Shown: piece by piece, positions 13,187-26,641 of the stretch
How positions within the stretch are numbered: the first letter of the stretch is position 1
Layout: the number at the start of each line of letters is the position of its first letter
Program-made: the position numbers and the translations under genes
The notes under the pieces: model-generated
Seen by the model: only the letters and a program-made list of their open reading frames with translations
What the model was told of the DNA's origin: nothing
The model's database searches: none
Origin: Octopus sinensis
Taxonomy: Eukaryota
Reading direction: 5' to 3'
Length of the DNA: 64,000 bases
Assembly (NCBI RefSeq): GCF_006345805.1
Contig: NC_043011.1
Coordinates: forward strand, 47,876,464-47,940,463

Positions 13187-13380
13187 ATATTTATATGTAT
13201 GTATATATTTGTGTGAGTGAATGTGTGTGTGAGAGAGAGAGAGACCTCACTATTGCTTGACAACCGATGCTGATGTATTTATGTAATTAATGGTTTGGCA
13301 AAAGAGACAGAGAATAAGCCCTAGGGTCAATTTTGTTGACTAAAACCCTTTAAGGTGGTGCTCCAGCATGGCCACAGTCA
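12696..13380 (+). mobile_element. SINE family A with ~400-bp expanded internal (TA)n
   Basis: Head 12696-12825, TA tract 12826-13240, tail 13250-13380. Confidence 0.85.
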
Positions 13381-13940
13381 CATTACTAATTAAATATTAT
13401 CAGGAATTGTACAGAAAAAAAAAAAAATTTGAATATTTTGTGCATTGTAAAAATATAACCAGTTTATTGTACATAAATTTAATATAGACCTCCACCCCAG
13501 GGTCCTATGGATCCTGATTGAAAACTACTGATTTAGAGGATTACAAATTGTTTTATGACGTTTATTTTAGTTTTAGAGAAAGTAGTTAACATATAAGTTC
13601 CACACCTTGACTGAATTTTTATTGGAGATAGTTTGGGCAAAAATTTAGCTATCTCAGTCAAAATTGGGTTCCACAGGTGAATACTGCTTATAATATACTT
13701 TGTGATAAATATACTTTTAATACTGTTTGCAATCAAGATCAATTCAACATTTACACTTGGGAGAAATATAATAGCAATTGGCAAATTGGAATGTTTTTTT
13801 TTTTCCCCATTCCATTATTCTTACCGTTATATATTTTTTTAAAATATTGTAATATTTCTATGAAAAGTACCAGAAACATAATTTTAAAATGTCTTTTATT
13901 GATTTCCATTGTATTTTAGCAAAAAACTTTTTTATCGTAT

Positions 13941-14026
13941 TTAAACTGTAACCTCTTCAGCAAGAATTTTGGAATCATCTGCAGAGACTTCTGAGTTCGA
14001 TTGATGTGGAAGCAATATTGATTCTG
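13941..14026 (-). CDS. Candidate terminal coding exon (phase 1): xESILLPHQSNSEVSADDSKILAEEVTV*
   Basis: Minus acceptor tataacccccttctttctgctattgttag(cag), NAGNAG; unique sequence; the plus strand is also open, so strand is uncertain. Confidence 0.3.
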
Positions 14027-14289
14027 CTAACAATAGCAGAAAGAAGGGGGTTATACACAGAATCGCCAGAATCTTATTGGAAAACTAAAATTACACATCC
14101 ACTTTCACTTTCACCTTATTCCATTACTTCGTCTGTTTATTCCCAGTGCAGATATATTTTCCCCTTGTTCAATTTTATATTACAGTTTGGCTTGTCTTAT
14201 AGCCTAAGTCATACAGAAATACAATAGTTAGAATCTCTCTCCCTTTCTTTCTTGCTTTCTTTCGTTTTTTATATATATATTATATATAT

Positions 14290-14321
<32 letters not shown>

Positions 14322-14332
14322 CATATATATAT

Positions 14333-14375
<43 letters not shown>

Positions 14376-15157
14376 CATATATATATATACATGTACATAC
14401 ACAGACATACATACATTCATACATACATACATACATACATACACAGCTAGAACGTATGTAGGCGTAAGAAAATATGCCTACACATATATGTATACAAAAA
14501 TATATTAATACATATTTTATGTATTTAAGTATATATATATATATATATATATATATGTTTGCATGTGTTTGGTTTGTTTATATGTATGCGTGTATAAATA
14601 CACACACACACACACACATATATATATACACATCTATATATGTGTATATATGTACATATACCTTACATGTGTGCGTGCATGTGAGTTAATCTGTTTAGTT
14701 GAATTATTTTGACTGGAATGACACAAACATAAGAGGAAAGAAAGAGAGAAAGAAAAAAAGCATCGAAGCTAATAAAGTGGAATTTAGAGTGATGAATGGT
14801 GGTCTTTACAGACACTATAGCTACATATGTCAGAACAAATTCATTTAGGTAAAATATTTCATATTAGGATTTGTTTGGTGTACTATAAGAACGAGGGGAA
14901 AATCTAATGTATAAGTCCAGTGTTTGAGGCACTTAATGACACAGATATTAGATTTACCTTCTCATGGCATTCCAACTGATCTCAGTTAACATATTTAGTT
15001 AAGTGTCGAAAGACTAAGAATAGATAGAAACTTCTATTAAAGGCCATACACAAATCAGGCTCCAGGTGCTCGCTTGAGCTGTTTTACGTTTATATTTTAC
15101 AGCTACAAACATTTCATCGGCCTCTTTCCTTTCTCTTGCACCCTTTCTCTACCACAG

Positions 15158-15284
15158 GACTTGAGGTAACCTGTTTTCTTAGCTGATCCTGTAAAGGACC
15201 ATTTATATTTGTTATTTAGCTAATCAAATTTGTTCAGAATCCACTCAGTGTTAACGGTGATGTAATCTATCCATCAAAGGAAAG
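15158..15284 (+). CDS. Candidate plus-strand exon pair: 8-nt GACTTGAG (15158-15165) and 47-nt NPLSVNGDVIYPSKES/R (15238-15284)
   Basis: Long pyrimidine tract before 15158; donors GAG/gtaacc and AAG/gtatga; only one frame of the 47-nt exon is open. Confidence 0.3.
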
Positions 15285-15573
15285 GTATGAATTTTGATAC
15301 CTATAGTAGGAACTGATATACACATACTCATAAGTATATATTGATACAAAGCAATTGGACTGCACCTTCCAGGGGTGAAAATAATTTTCATAAACCAAGA
15401 AACTATTTTGTACACTATTTAATGTAGCCTTCTTTGCTTTGTTGTACAAATATTTGCCTCTGGTAACTCTTAATTACATATCTTTGCTCATTATCATTAT
15501 ATGCATGTGTGATTGTGTATGTATATGTATGTATGTATAAATAATATATAAATATATGCATATATACATACGT

Positions 15574-15825
15574 GGAGGAACGTGGCTTAGTGGTTAAGGT
15601 GTCAGCACCATGATCATAAGATTGTGGTTTTGATTCCTGGACTGGGCGACGCGTTGTGTTCTTGAGCAAGACACTTCCTTTCATGTTGCTCTAGTCCACT
15701 CAGCTGGCAAAGATGAATAATGCTGCGATGAACTGGCATCCCGTCCAGCTGGGGAACACATACACCATAGAAACCGGGAAACTGGGTCCATGAGCCTGGC
15801 TAAGCTTTAATAGGGCGCATTTATT
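15574..15825 (+). mobile_element. SINE family D (V-domain-like centre)
   Basis: tRNA head with A and B boxes, then tgcgatgaactggcatcccgtccagctgggg, resembling the V-SINE domain (from memory, unverified). Confidence 0.82.
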
Positions 15826-15899
15826 TATTATTTTATATATACATACATATATATATGTACATGCCTACATATATATGTATATATACATGCATATATGTG

Positions 15900-16250
15900 T
15901 ACAGGACATCAAAAAAACGTTGAACACAATGAGAGACGAAAACATGAAAACAAAAACATAGAAAACAAACTTTTTGAACAATGAAAAAAATCAGAGAAAC
16001 GAGATGTGCAACATAAAGAATATTCCCCTGTCCCCCGTTTCATCTACTCTGCATTTTGAAGGCAAGAACAATACGCAACTTCGTTGAAACAGTCCTTCCT
16101 GCAAGGCAAATTAAATAAAATATGGAATTTTTTTGCGGAGGGTGAAAGTGGTAACAAGAATAGGACAGTGGGAACAAGACAGTAAAAAGAAACGGTGAGG
16201 GTTGTTAAGCCAAGACGATAGGAAAATTATTATGAACGCTAGGAGGACGA
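15900..16250. repeat. Interspersed repeat family G (Penelope-terminus-like)
   Basis: acaggacatcaaaaa...aacggtgagggttgttaagcc shared with 36858-36995. Confidence 0.5.
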
Positions 16251-16324
16251 GCTTATGAGAGGAGACAGATATAAGCACATGTTGTCTTTAGTAAGGAAAT
16301 GGGCAGAAAGGTAGATCTCCTTAT

Positions 16325-16378
<54 letters not shown>

Positions 16379-16631
16379 TTATTTTATAGAAGGAACTTCT
16401 ACAGGACTAGAACTGTTTCATTCAAAAGAAATCATCAGGAAGCTAGTAGACAAGAGGCGCGTGTGTGTGTGGATGTGTATGCATATGTATAGACATATGT
16501 ATACATTTATGCATATTTTATGCATGTATGTACTTATGTGTATATATAGATGCGCGCGTGTGTGTGTGTGTGTATGTGTACACATATATATGTATATATG
16601 TATATATATATATTTTCATAAAGCTTCCCGT

Positions 16632-16664
<33 letters not shown>

Positions 16665-17641
16665 GTGTATGTGTATATATGTATGAATGTATATGTGTAT
16701 GTATATGTATATGAATATATATGTATATATATATGTATATGTATATGTGTATGTATATGTATGTATGTGTATGTATGTGTATATGTATATGTGTATATAT
16801 ATTAATTAGTGTATATGTATGGACTAGTCTTCTGTGGGTGTGTTGAGGTATGTATGTGTATGCGTGTATGTGAATATACGTGAATGTATGTAGATGTATG
16901 CGTGTATGAATATAACACGTGCGTGTGTACGTGTGAGTGTGTGGGCGTGAGTGAGTGCTTGCGTTCGTATCAGTAAGTAGATAGATAAACGGAATCTTTA
17001 TATCATCTCTTGAGACCGGCTGACCGGTCAAGATAAAAATAAAGATATAAACAAAAGTAGTAATAATAAAATTAAAATAAGAGAATAAAAATGTGTGTGT
17101 ATGTGTGTGCATGTATATGCATTTGTATATATATGTGCGAGTGGGTATACATATGTGTATGTATGTGTATGTATATGTGTATCTGTGTGTATGTACATGG
17201 GTGTGTGTATGTATATGTATATATATGTATATATATGTGTATATGTATGTGTATGTATATATATATATGTATGTATATGTGGGTATGTATGTATATGTAT
17301 AGATATATGTGAATATGCGGGTGTATATATGTGTATATATATATATGTAGATGTACAAGTGAGAGTCTCCCCACTTACCTAAAACTCTATTTTTCTATTT
17401 ATATTTTTTATTTTTTATTCTTTTATTTATTCTTTTATCTACTTTACCACCGATTCCTTTGACCACTCCCCTAATAATGACGTTTTTGCGCCATGCCTAC
17501 CCCCAAAAAAGTCCCCCACCACCACCCATGTAAACCTGCCTAAATGTATAAATGCCAAAACAACTCTTGTCTACTAGCTTCCTGATGATTTCTTTTGAAT
17601 GACACAGTTCTAGTCCTGTAGAAGCTTCTTCTATAAAATAA
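16379..17641. repeat. 77-bp inverted repeat pair (16379-16456 / 17564-17641) containing CTGATGA...GAAAC
   Basis: ttttatagaaggaacttctacaggactagaactgtttcattcaaaagaaatcatcaggaagctagtagacaagag is the near reverse complement of 17564-17641. Confidence 0.85.
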
Positions 17642-17708
17642 ATTAATTTACTCTGCTATGTATTGAGTACCTTATTTACTGTGGTTAACCCCGACTCAAC
17701 CCGGGACC

Positions 17709-17746
<38 letters not shown>

Positions 17747-18153
17747 AACATAAACATATATATATATCACTAATATCCCAGAAACAGCTTTAAGACTAAC
17801 CTTCTCTTTATAAATGTCCTGAAAATTCCAAACACCCTTGGCTTTGTTGTCTCATTTTATTTAACATATATATATATGTACACACAACACACACACACAC
17901 ACACACATGCATGCACACACACACACACATGCATGCACACACACACACACACACTCTCTCTCACACACATACACCTACAACATTTGTAACATCTTGTAGC
18001 TAGAAGTCACTTGGTCACATGTAATTTCAATTTTAGTATAACTTTAAAAACAGATCAAAAACAATATGCTTTAAATTCAATCTAAAACAAAAATAATGAT
18101 GATTAAGATGAAAAAACGAATCCTTACCGATATTAACAACAAATATTTGATTC

Positions 18154-18187
18154 ACTTACCTACAAAAAAGAAAAAGAGAGAAAGGGA
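18154..18187 (-). other. Recursive-splice (ratchet-point)-like site
   Basis: Minus: ccctttctctctttttctttttttgTAG/GTAAGT, a strong acceptor abutting a consensus donor. Confidence 0.4.
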
Positions 18188-18499
18188 TTAATAATTTTCT
18201 AATATAATCAACACTATATGAGAATATATGCATATATTTAATTAACTTTATTAACTTATTTAACATATTTTGGGTCAGAGGAAACAGATGATACATTTCT
18301 CTGGCAATGACGTCTTTAGATTTTAGCATTGAAAAAGTGGAAAAACCAATTGGAAAACAACATATTAAAGAAAAACTTGAATTGAGAAAAATTAATAAAT
18401 GGTACAGTAAATCCAAGATCAGACATTTGGTGGATTTGTATTATTATAGAGATCTCTGGAGATATGCTGTGACTGCGAAGACCTGACAATTAACATGAG

Positions 18500-18925
18500 T
18501 TCATGGCTGTTTCGTGCACCAGTTTCACATAGCAGCCCCAGCCCATCCAGAACGGCCTGTTGTGCTTACCTTGGATTGTAGAGTGACCTGCTGTGCTTAA
18601 GGAGACCTGTTGAGTCAAGTACATCGACATCAAAATAAAAATCAAATGAAAATTTTAGTTGTGATACCTGTGCTGGTGGCACGTAAAAAGCACCAACCAA
18701 TCATGGCCACTGTCAGACTCCCCTGGCACCTGTGCTGGTGGCACGTAAAAAGCACCCACTACACTCACGGAATGGTTGGCGTTAGGAAGGGCATCCAACT
18801 GCAGAAACACTGCCAGATCAGACTGGAGCCTGTTGCAGCCTCCTCACTTCCCAGACCCCGGTTGAACATCCAACCCATGCTAGCATGGAAAACGGAAGTC
18901 AAACGATGATGATGATGATGATGAT
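18500..18925 (+). mobile_element. RTE-type LINE 3' UTR fragment with (GAT)n tail
   Basis: Longer 5' extent shared with 31065-31497 (cctgctgtgcttaccttggat repeats, gagtcaagtacatc). Confidence 0.8.
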
Positions 18926-18956
18926 AGAGTTTGTTCTCTGTTACTGTATATCTGGC

Positions 18957-19250
18957 TTAACTCTTTAGCATTTAAGCTGGATATATATATGTGCACGTCT
19001 CTGTGTCCGTGTTTGAACCACACTACCACTTGATAACCGGTGCTAGTGTGTTTACATCCATATAATTTAGCTCAGCAATTCAGAAGATATTTTACAAGTT
19101 TTTTGTTCAAACTGACCAGACTCAGGCTCTCACACCTACCCTACAATGTCGTTCTAAAAATACCGAATGACATCATCAAAATTTCAAAGCTATGAGAGAA
19201 TATATGATTAATTCAAAACAAAGTAAATAAATCTGAATGCTAAATGGCTA
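18957..19250. mobile_element. Old TTAA-flanked (piggyBac-type) MITE, family 2
   Basis: ttaactctttagcattt ... aatgctaaatggctaa ends; related pieces at 44175-44284 and 45530-45740. Confidence 0.5.
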
Positions 19251-19261
19251 AATGCAAGGTC

Positions 19262-19655
19262 TTTTGACCTTTTACCTTTCACTTGCTCAGTCATTAGACT
19301 GAGGCCATGCTGGAGCACCACTCTGAGATATCTTAGTTGAACGAATCGACCCAGCGATTTATTTCATTTTTCAAGCCTGGTACTTATTCTATCAGTCACT
19401 TTGGCTGAATTGCTAAGCTAAATTATGTGGATGGTAAAATACCAACACCAGTTGTCAAGTGGTGCTATAGGACTAGCACAACACACACACACACATATGG
19501 AGGACTTCTTTTTAGTTTCAGGCTACCAAATCCATTCACATGGCTTTGGTTAGCCCAAGGTTATAATAGAAGACATTTGGCCAACATGCCATGCAGTGGG
19601 ACTGAACCTGAAACCATGTGGTTAAGAAGCAAACTTCTTACCACACAACCCCGAT
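19262..19655 (-). mobile_element. SINE family A
   Basis: Reverse complement of tail, (CA)n spacer and head. Confidence 0.8.
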
Positions 19656-20487
19656 TGCACCTGTAGCTAAACAAAAAAACAAGAAGTCAAAAATGCCACC
19701 CAACTAATTAAAGTGAAATAATAAACAAACAAACTCTAAGCTCTGTCTGTTCTACTGCTACTGCCTGGGTCTTTACTTTTTTGGAGCTCACTGGTCCCAT
19801 GACCTGCTACCTCCATCCAGGTGATTCCGACCAATTCATATCTTTTTTCTTTCACTGCCCACTGACCTCATACTAGCATCTATACTTTCTGCTCCAATAT
19901 GTTGGCTCTCTTTGAAATCTCTCACAGCACATATTTTTCCAGCAGCTATCACCTAGCAACTGTTCCAGAAGAATGGTAACCACATCGATCTGAATGATCT
20001 TGGATGGCCTGCAAAGGCCATGGGTAAAATTTAAAAAAATTTTAAAAGCAGACAAATCCAGATTTGCCAAAATTCCTGGTAAACTAAGTTACTTGAATTA
20101 TTTTCTATTTTAATTAAAAAGATATTTCTAAATTTACAGAAGAAATAAATTTTCTGGGAGACTAAGAAATGGTTGGAATATTAATATGTTGGCAAATATT
20201 ATGGTCTTGAAGAAAAGGAGTGAAGCATACATATACAAACACACACAGATACAAAACTGAAGCATGTAAATTTATATACACCTATACATACGCATACATG
20301 CATATACACATGCTCAAACAGATATACAACCCCAGATAAACACATTTACACAGTCATATGCAACATATACACAAAAACAAAATAAATTCTGGTAAACATA
20401 ATCTTAAAAACATGCATGCACACAGATGAATGCATATAAATAATTACAACCTCATATTCATGTGCAAACATCCACGCACATATGGAT

Positions 20488-20868
20488 GGAAGCACTCCGT
20501 TGGTTACGACGACGAGGGTTCCGGTTGATCCGATCAATGGAACAGCCTGCTCGTGAAATTAACATGTAAGTGGCTGAGCACTCCACAGACATGTGTACCC
20601 TTAACGTAGTTCTCGGGGATATTCAGCATGACACAGAGAGTGACAAGGCCGGCCCTTTGAAATACAGGTACAACAGAAACAGGAAGTAAGAGTGAGAGAA
20701 AGTTGTGGTGAAAGAGTACAGGAGGGATCACCACCATCCCCTGCCGGAGCCTCGTGGAGCTTTAGGTGTTTTCGCTCAATAAACACTCACAACGCCCAGT
20801 CTGGGAATCGAAACTGTGATCCTATGACCGCGAGTCCACTGCCCTAACCACTGGGCCATTGCGCCGCC
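20488..20868 (-). mobile_element. tRNA-derived SINE family C, full length
   Basis: Reverse complement of 58715-59101; head tggcccagtggttagggc...ggtttcgattccc. Confidence 0.92.
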
Positions 20869-21067
20869 ACCCACACACATATACATATGCTACTATAACT
20901 ATAAAGAACCAATCTCCTTCACACGCACAAACATATTTACACGTAACTAACAAGAATCAATCTCTCAACCATTCTGTCAAGTATTAGTTATCAACCATAT
21001 TCAAATGGAAACACTGGATGTTTATTTGCAAAGTGGTGATTAGTATTTTTGTTATTGCTGTTGATTT

Positions 21068-21522
21068 AAGGTGGTGAGCAGGCAGAAATGTTAGTACGCT
21101 AGGTGAAATGCTTGGCAGTATTTCATCTGTCTTTACGTTCTGAGTTCAAATTCCGCTGAGGTTAACTTTGCCTTTCATTCTTTCGGGGTCGATAAATTAA
21201 GTACCAGTTGCATACTGGAGTCGATGTAATTGATTGGTTCTCTCCCCGAAATTTCAGGCCTTGTGCCTAGAGTAGAAAAGAATATTGATAGGATGAGAAG
21301 GCGGAGAGCTAGCAGAAATGTTAGCAGACTGGGTGAAATGCTTAGCAGTATTTTGTCTGTCTTTACATTCTGAGTTCAAATTCCACCAAGTTCGAATTTG
21401 CCTTTCATCCTTTCAGGGTCGATAAATTAAGTACCAGTTGCATACTGGGGTCGATCTAATTGACTAGCCACCCCCCAAAAAAATTTCAGGCCTTGTGCCT
21501 AGAGTAAAAAAATATATTGATA
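21068..21522 (+). mobile_element. Two tandem SINE family B copies, tail type 2
   Basis: Both end ...aatttcaggccttgtgcctagagtagaaaagaatatt. Confidence 0.88.
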
Positions 21523-22501
21523 GGACGAGTAGAGTATAATATCTGTTACTTTGCTGTGTTGAGTTCAAATTGCCCTTCAGGATGGTGAGTTCTATGAAGC
21601 TAGGCCGTAGTTCGGTTTGATACCCAAGCATTTTCAATGTTTCCTTAAACTATTTTGTACTTTTCTGACTTTCCTTTTCAGATATAATAGAATAAAATTT
21701 AAAATCTCCTTCTTTTGTTTCTGTAATAATACTCAGTTGATGATCTAATCTCATAATACTTGCACATAAATTTTACAGAGATTCCTTTATTGGATTTCTT
21801 CAAATTCATGTTTTTAACCATAAATAATGATTTATGCTTAAACTTATTATTTATGCTTATGCCATTATTCACATCTCTTAGACTCTCAGACGACATCCTG
21901 AAGAGCTAGAATCCAGCTAAACATCAGTTTCAAAACTGGCTCAACTTTAAAAGTTGCTGGACCATAAAACACCAGAGTGAAGATATCCAACCAGTACAGA
22001 GAAAATTTTTTAAATATTTGTGTCACTTTGTCTAAATTTATTTGCTTTTTTTTTAACAGAAAATCTGAAACTTCTAAAACAAAAATTCCCATTCCTTTTG
22101 AAAAAAAAAAAAAAATGAGCTATTATTATTTTTTTAAAACTAATAAAATTTTGCTGTTTGTTATAAATTAGTTTTTCTATTCAGAATGGGAAAGTGATTA
22201 TGTGGATGAACATGCATATCAAAATGGAAATAAGATTATACATGATTCAACTATTTGCGGTACTAACAACATAGCAATAAGACATAGTAGAGTTAACACC
22301 GAGATTAGATGAGATGAGATGGGATGTGATGAAAGTCAGTGAGATGCAAGAATCTGAGAAAAAATTTTTTTTTTTTTTAAATGAAGAAAAAAAAAAAGAA
22401 AATCATATAAGTTCACATCACTACACCTTCTTCTATATGACCAGCATGACCAATCATCAAAATAAAAAAATAAAACATTTACATATACATACATGTATCC
22501 A

Positions 22502-22551
<50 letters not shown>

Positions 22552-22611
22552 CATATATATGCATACAAATACTGATGTTGTATGTGTGATGTATGTATAT
22601 ATGTATATGTG

Positions 22612-22649
<38 letters not shown>

Positions 22650-22930
22650 TTTTGAGGGCATGAAACAAATAACAGAAGACACTGAGAATGGAAGTCAGTG
22701 AGAGAATGCACCAAATGTCAAAGAGAATTTCACCAATCCTGCAATGATATAGTCAGGATGTACAACTTCAAAAAGGAATAATTCATTCAACAATGCCAGA
22801 ACAATACAAAAACACAAAAAAAAACTGTTCCTCCAGAAACAAAAAAACAAAAAAAAAAACTGAAAGAAAATCACTATTTAGATCCAATCTTAAAACATGC
22901 TATTTTCTTCATATTCACACACAGTCTCTT

Positions 22931-22965
<35 letters not shown>

Positions 22966-24325
22966 TTCTTTGTCTTTCTCTTCCACTTTTTTAACCTCTC
23001 TTTCTATCTGTCTGTCTGTCTTCCTCTCTATTTCTCTCTCTCTCTCTCTCTCTCATTTTTTTGTTTTTTGGTTTAGTCATTATTTAGTAACTGGTTTTTT
23101 TTTCCTGTTTTTTTCCCCTCCTTTTATTCAGCAGAGAGTCTATAACCAGCAAAAGACTGATATCTCAAATCTAATAAAAGGTAAAATATTACAGGCACCA
23201 CTGCACACTGCATTGCATTCAATGCTTTATTGCATTTATACACACACACACACACCACACACACACATATATACGTATGTCTATGGGTCTATGCTTATAT
23301 ATGCGTGTGTATGTGTGTGTATGTATATACATTCATGTACATATGTATGTATATGATATAATATAATATAACATATATATATGTATAAGTTTACACACAC
23401 ATAAATATATCTATGTATGTATATAAGTAATATAATATATAATATATATATATATATGTGTGTGTGTGTGTATGTGTGTATGTATGTATATAATATAATA
23501 TAACATATATATATATATATATATATGTATGTATAAGTATACACACACACACAAATATATCTATATATGTATATATGTAATATAATATAATATATATGTA
23601 ATATAATATAATATATATGTGTGTGTGTATTTGTGTATGTATGTATACGTATGTACACACATACATATTATTTATGTTTGTATGTGTGTATATATATATG
23701 TGTGTGTGTGTTTATGTATATATATATATATATCTGTATGTGTAAATTCTTTATTTCCTACTGTTAACTGTATTAAAGTCCTTTGTCAAACAACAATGAT
23801 ACATTCGCTAATATACTTCGCTATAGTCTTCATGTACACGTTGTAAATGTACAATGAAAGACGACTTTGATATTGTTAAATGTAGTTGCTAGTAAATAAC
23901 AAGGAAAATTAAAAATAGATATTTAAAAAAATAAAAAAAAGATGGAAAAATAAAAGTATACAAAAACAAGTCCCTTCTATATGGTGTTTAATAAATGAAT
24001 GAAAGTATGGAGAGATTTGTTGTTGCTGTTGTTGCTGTGTAGCCCGAGGTCAGTCCCGTTTTGAACAGATCTGTGACTGAGTTATCATTCTGGGACAATA
24101 TCTTCCAGTGTTTACGTATGTTTTTTTAATATTGTAGGATGTGTGTGATTTGAGGAAAGTTTGACTATTATTTCTAGTGGGAAGTAAAACTATGTTTGCA
24201 GCAGTGATGATAGCTTTTCTGCTTTTTACTTCTTTGTTTAACCCCAGGTAATTTTTTTGATGAACCAGATACAGCATCAGAAATGTCCTATTTTGGCTGT
24301 TTTTTACCAAACAATGTCCAAAATA

Positions 24326-24356
<31 letters not shown>

Positions 24357-24475
24357 TTGAGAATGGATTCCTTGGTTTACTGAAAACCACAATCTAATTT
24401 AGATATTCTGTAGCAGACATTAAAAAAAGGAAGTGGGTGTAATATTGGTCTGTGAGCAGCTAGATCAGAGTTTCT

Positions 24476-24890
24476 TATTTCTTTATTGCCCACAAGGGGC
24501 TAAACATAGAGGGGACAAACAAGGACATACACAGGAATTAAGTCAATTACATCGACCTCAGTGCATAACTGGTACTTATTTTATTGACCCTGAAAGGATG
24601 AAAGGCAAAGTTGACCTCGGTGAAATTTGAACTCAGAACGTAATGAAAGACGAAATACCTATTTCTTTATTACCCACGAGGGACTAAACATAGAGGGGAC
24701 AAACAAGGACAGACATAGGTATTAAGTCGATTACATCGACCCCAGTGCGTAACTGGTACTTAATTTATCGACCCCGAAAGGATGAAAGGCAAAGTTGACC
24801 TTGGTGAATTTTGAACTCAGAACGTAATGGCAGACGAAATACTGCTTAGCATTTTTCCCGACGTGCAAACGTTTCTGCCAGCTCACTGAC
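24476..24890 (-). mobile_element. SINE family B dimer
   Basis: Junction gaaatacc/tatttcttt at ~24660, identical to the junction at ~4902. Confidence 0.88.
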
Positions 24891-24994
24891 CTCACTAATT
24901 GTGTATTAGATGAAAACATTTTGTTTCCTAGTTGTTCCTCAGCTCCCTCAGCTCTTAGCATTATGAGGTACAAGATAGACCCTTAACCTTCTCA

Positions 24995-25185
24995 TGATCA
25001 TCATTGTCATTTAATGACCGTTTTGTGTACTGCCATGGGTTGAACGGTTTGACAGGAGCTGGCAAGTCAGAAGGCCGCACCAGGTTTCACTCCCAGTTTT
25101 GCTGTGCTTCTTACAGCTGGATGCCCTTCCTAATGCCAAACACTTTACAGAGTGGCCTTGGTGCTTTTTGCAGGGGCACCGGCAC
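24995..25185 (-). mobile_element. RTE-type 3' end
   Basis: ctggatgcccttcctaatgcc motif in reverse orientation. Confidence 0.7.
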
Positions 25186-25262
25186 CTATTCAGAAGAAAA
25201 TCTATCTCTCATCTACTTTATGCTTCAAAACTAAGTGAAGCAACAACACTTAAATATTACAC

Positions 25263-25492
25263 TTAACCCTTTTGTTACGAACCCAGTTGAAACCACCTCT
25301 GGCTCTGAGTACAAATGTCTTGTTTACATAAGTTTTGAATTAAAATATTCCACCAAACTTTAGTCACAATTTATGTTCCTAACACTAGCTGAATGATAAC
25401 TAAGTTATTTTACTAAATTCTTTGTTATATTTAAAATATTTGAAAGAAACACAGAGCATCTAAAAAAAAAAATACACAAATGAAAAGGTTAA
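25263..25492 (+). mobile_element. piggyBac-type MITE, family 1
   Basis: TTAA-CCCTTTTGTTAC start, decayed right end aaaggTTAA; body matches 49364-49583. Confidence 0.85.
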
Positions 25493-25854
25493 AACAGCAG
25501 AGATATTTTTTAACTCCAGTTGATTTTTATACTTGTCATAAGATGAGAAATTGTTCAACTAAATGCAAATTCAGGTAATATTTTCTTATTCTTACTCTGA
25601 TAAAAATAGTTTGTCCAGATATTTGACACTATTTTACAAATAATTTCTTCACTGATTCTAGCCCCACATATAATAAATAAGAATAAAACATAAAAATAGA
25701 ATTTGAGTTTACTCTGTGGCATCAAAGTTGAGAAATTAAAACTTATTATTGAGCTCCAAACGTACATTATACATATCCAAAGTTTCAGATTTTAGTGATC
25801 TGGGTGTGTTAAAAAAAAAGGTACAGAACTAAATTAAAAAGTATCTTAAATCTT

Positions 25855-26060
25855 TTTCTTGTTCGGTCATAAGACTGTGGCCATGCTGGGGCACCACTTT
25901 GAAGAACTTTTGGCCAAATTAATCGGTCCCAGAATTTTTTTTCGTTTTAAGCCTGGTACTTGTTCTACTGGTCACTTTTGTCTAACATCTCACTTGTACC
26001 AACACCACTTCTCAAATGGTGGGAGGGGGAACAAACACAGCAAACACAAAGACACACAGA
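25855..26060 (-). mobile_element. SINE family A 3' half
   Basis: gactgtggccatgctggggcacc...ggtacttgttcta. Confidence 0.75.
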
Positions 26061-26116
26061 CACACACACATATATGTGTATGTATGTATGTGTGTGTGTA
26101 TATATATATATATATG

Positions 26117-26148
<32 letters not shown>

Positions 26149-26185
26149 CATACATACATACATACATATGTATATATATATATAT

Positions 26186-26520
26186 CATTATCATCATCAT
26201 CATCGTTTAACATCTGCTTTCCATGCTAGTATGGGTTGAATGATTTGACTGAGGACTGGTGAACCAGATAGCTGCACCAGGCTCCAACCTGATCTGGCAG
26301 AGTTTCTACAGCTGGATGCCCTTCCTAATGCCAACCACTCTGAGGGTGTAGTGGGTGCCTTTACGTGTCACCGGCATGAGGATCAGTCGGGCGGTACTGG
26401 CAACAGCCACGCTCAAATGGTGTTTTTTATGTGCCACCTGCGCAGGAGCTAGTCCAGCAGCACTGGCAATGGCCTCACTCTATTGCCAGTGTCACTGGAC
26501 TGGCTCCTATGCAGGTGAAG
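26186..26520 (-). mobile_element. RTE-type 3' end with (CAT)n
   Basis: catcatcgtttaacatctgctttccatgctag...ggtgcctttacgtgtcacc. Confidence 0.8.
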
Positions 26521-26641
26521 GTTGAATTGGATTCGTTCACTAATTTGGAGGTTTCCAAAAAAGATTTCTGATATTGATTCCTCATATTTTGCTGGGAGTT
26601 TACAGGCGTAAGTTTATGACTATAAAAACAATACTTGTATA

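Noticed and set aside
21890-21930. CTGAAGA-GCT..AGC-TAAAC hammerhead remnant
   Set aside because: G12 is missing and there is no stem I; too degenerate to call.
19957-22310. Plus-strand join QLFQKNGNHIDLNDLGWPAKAM/EWESDYVDEH...EIR*
   Set aside because: Phase-compatible, but the donor is weak, the opposite strand is equally open, and no homology was recognised.
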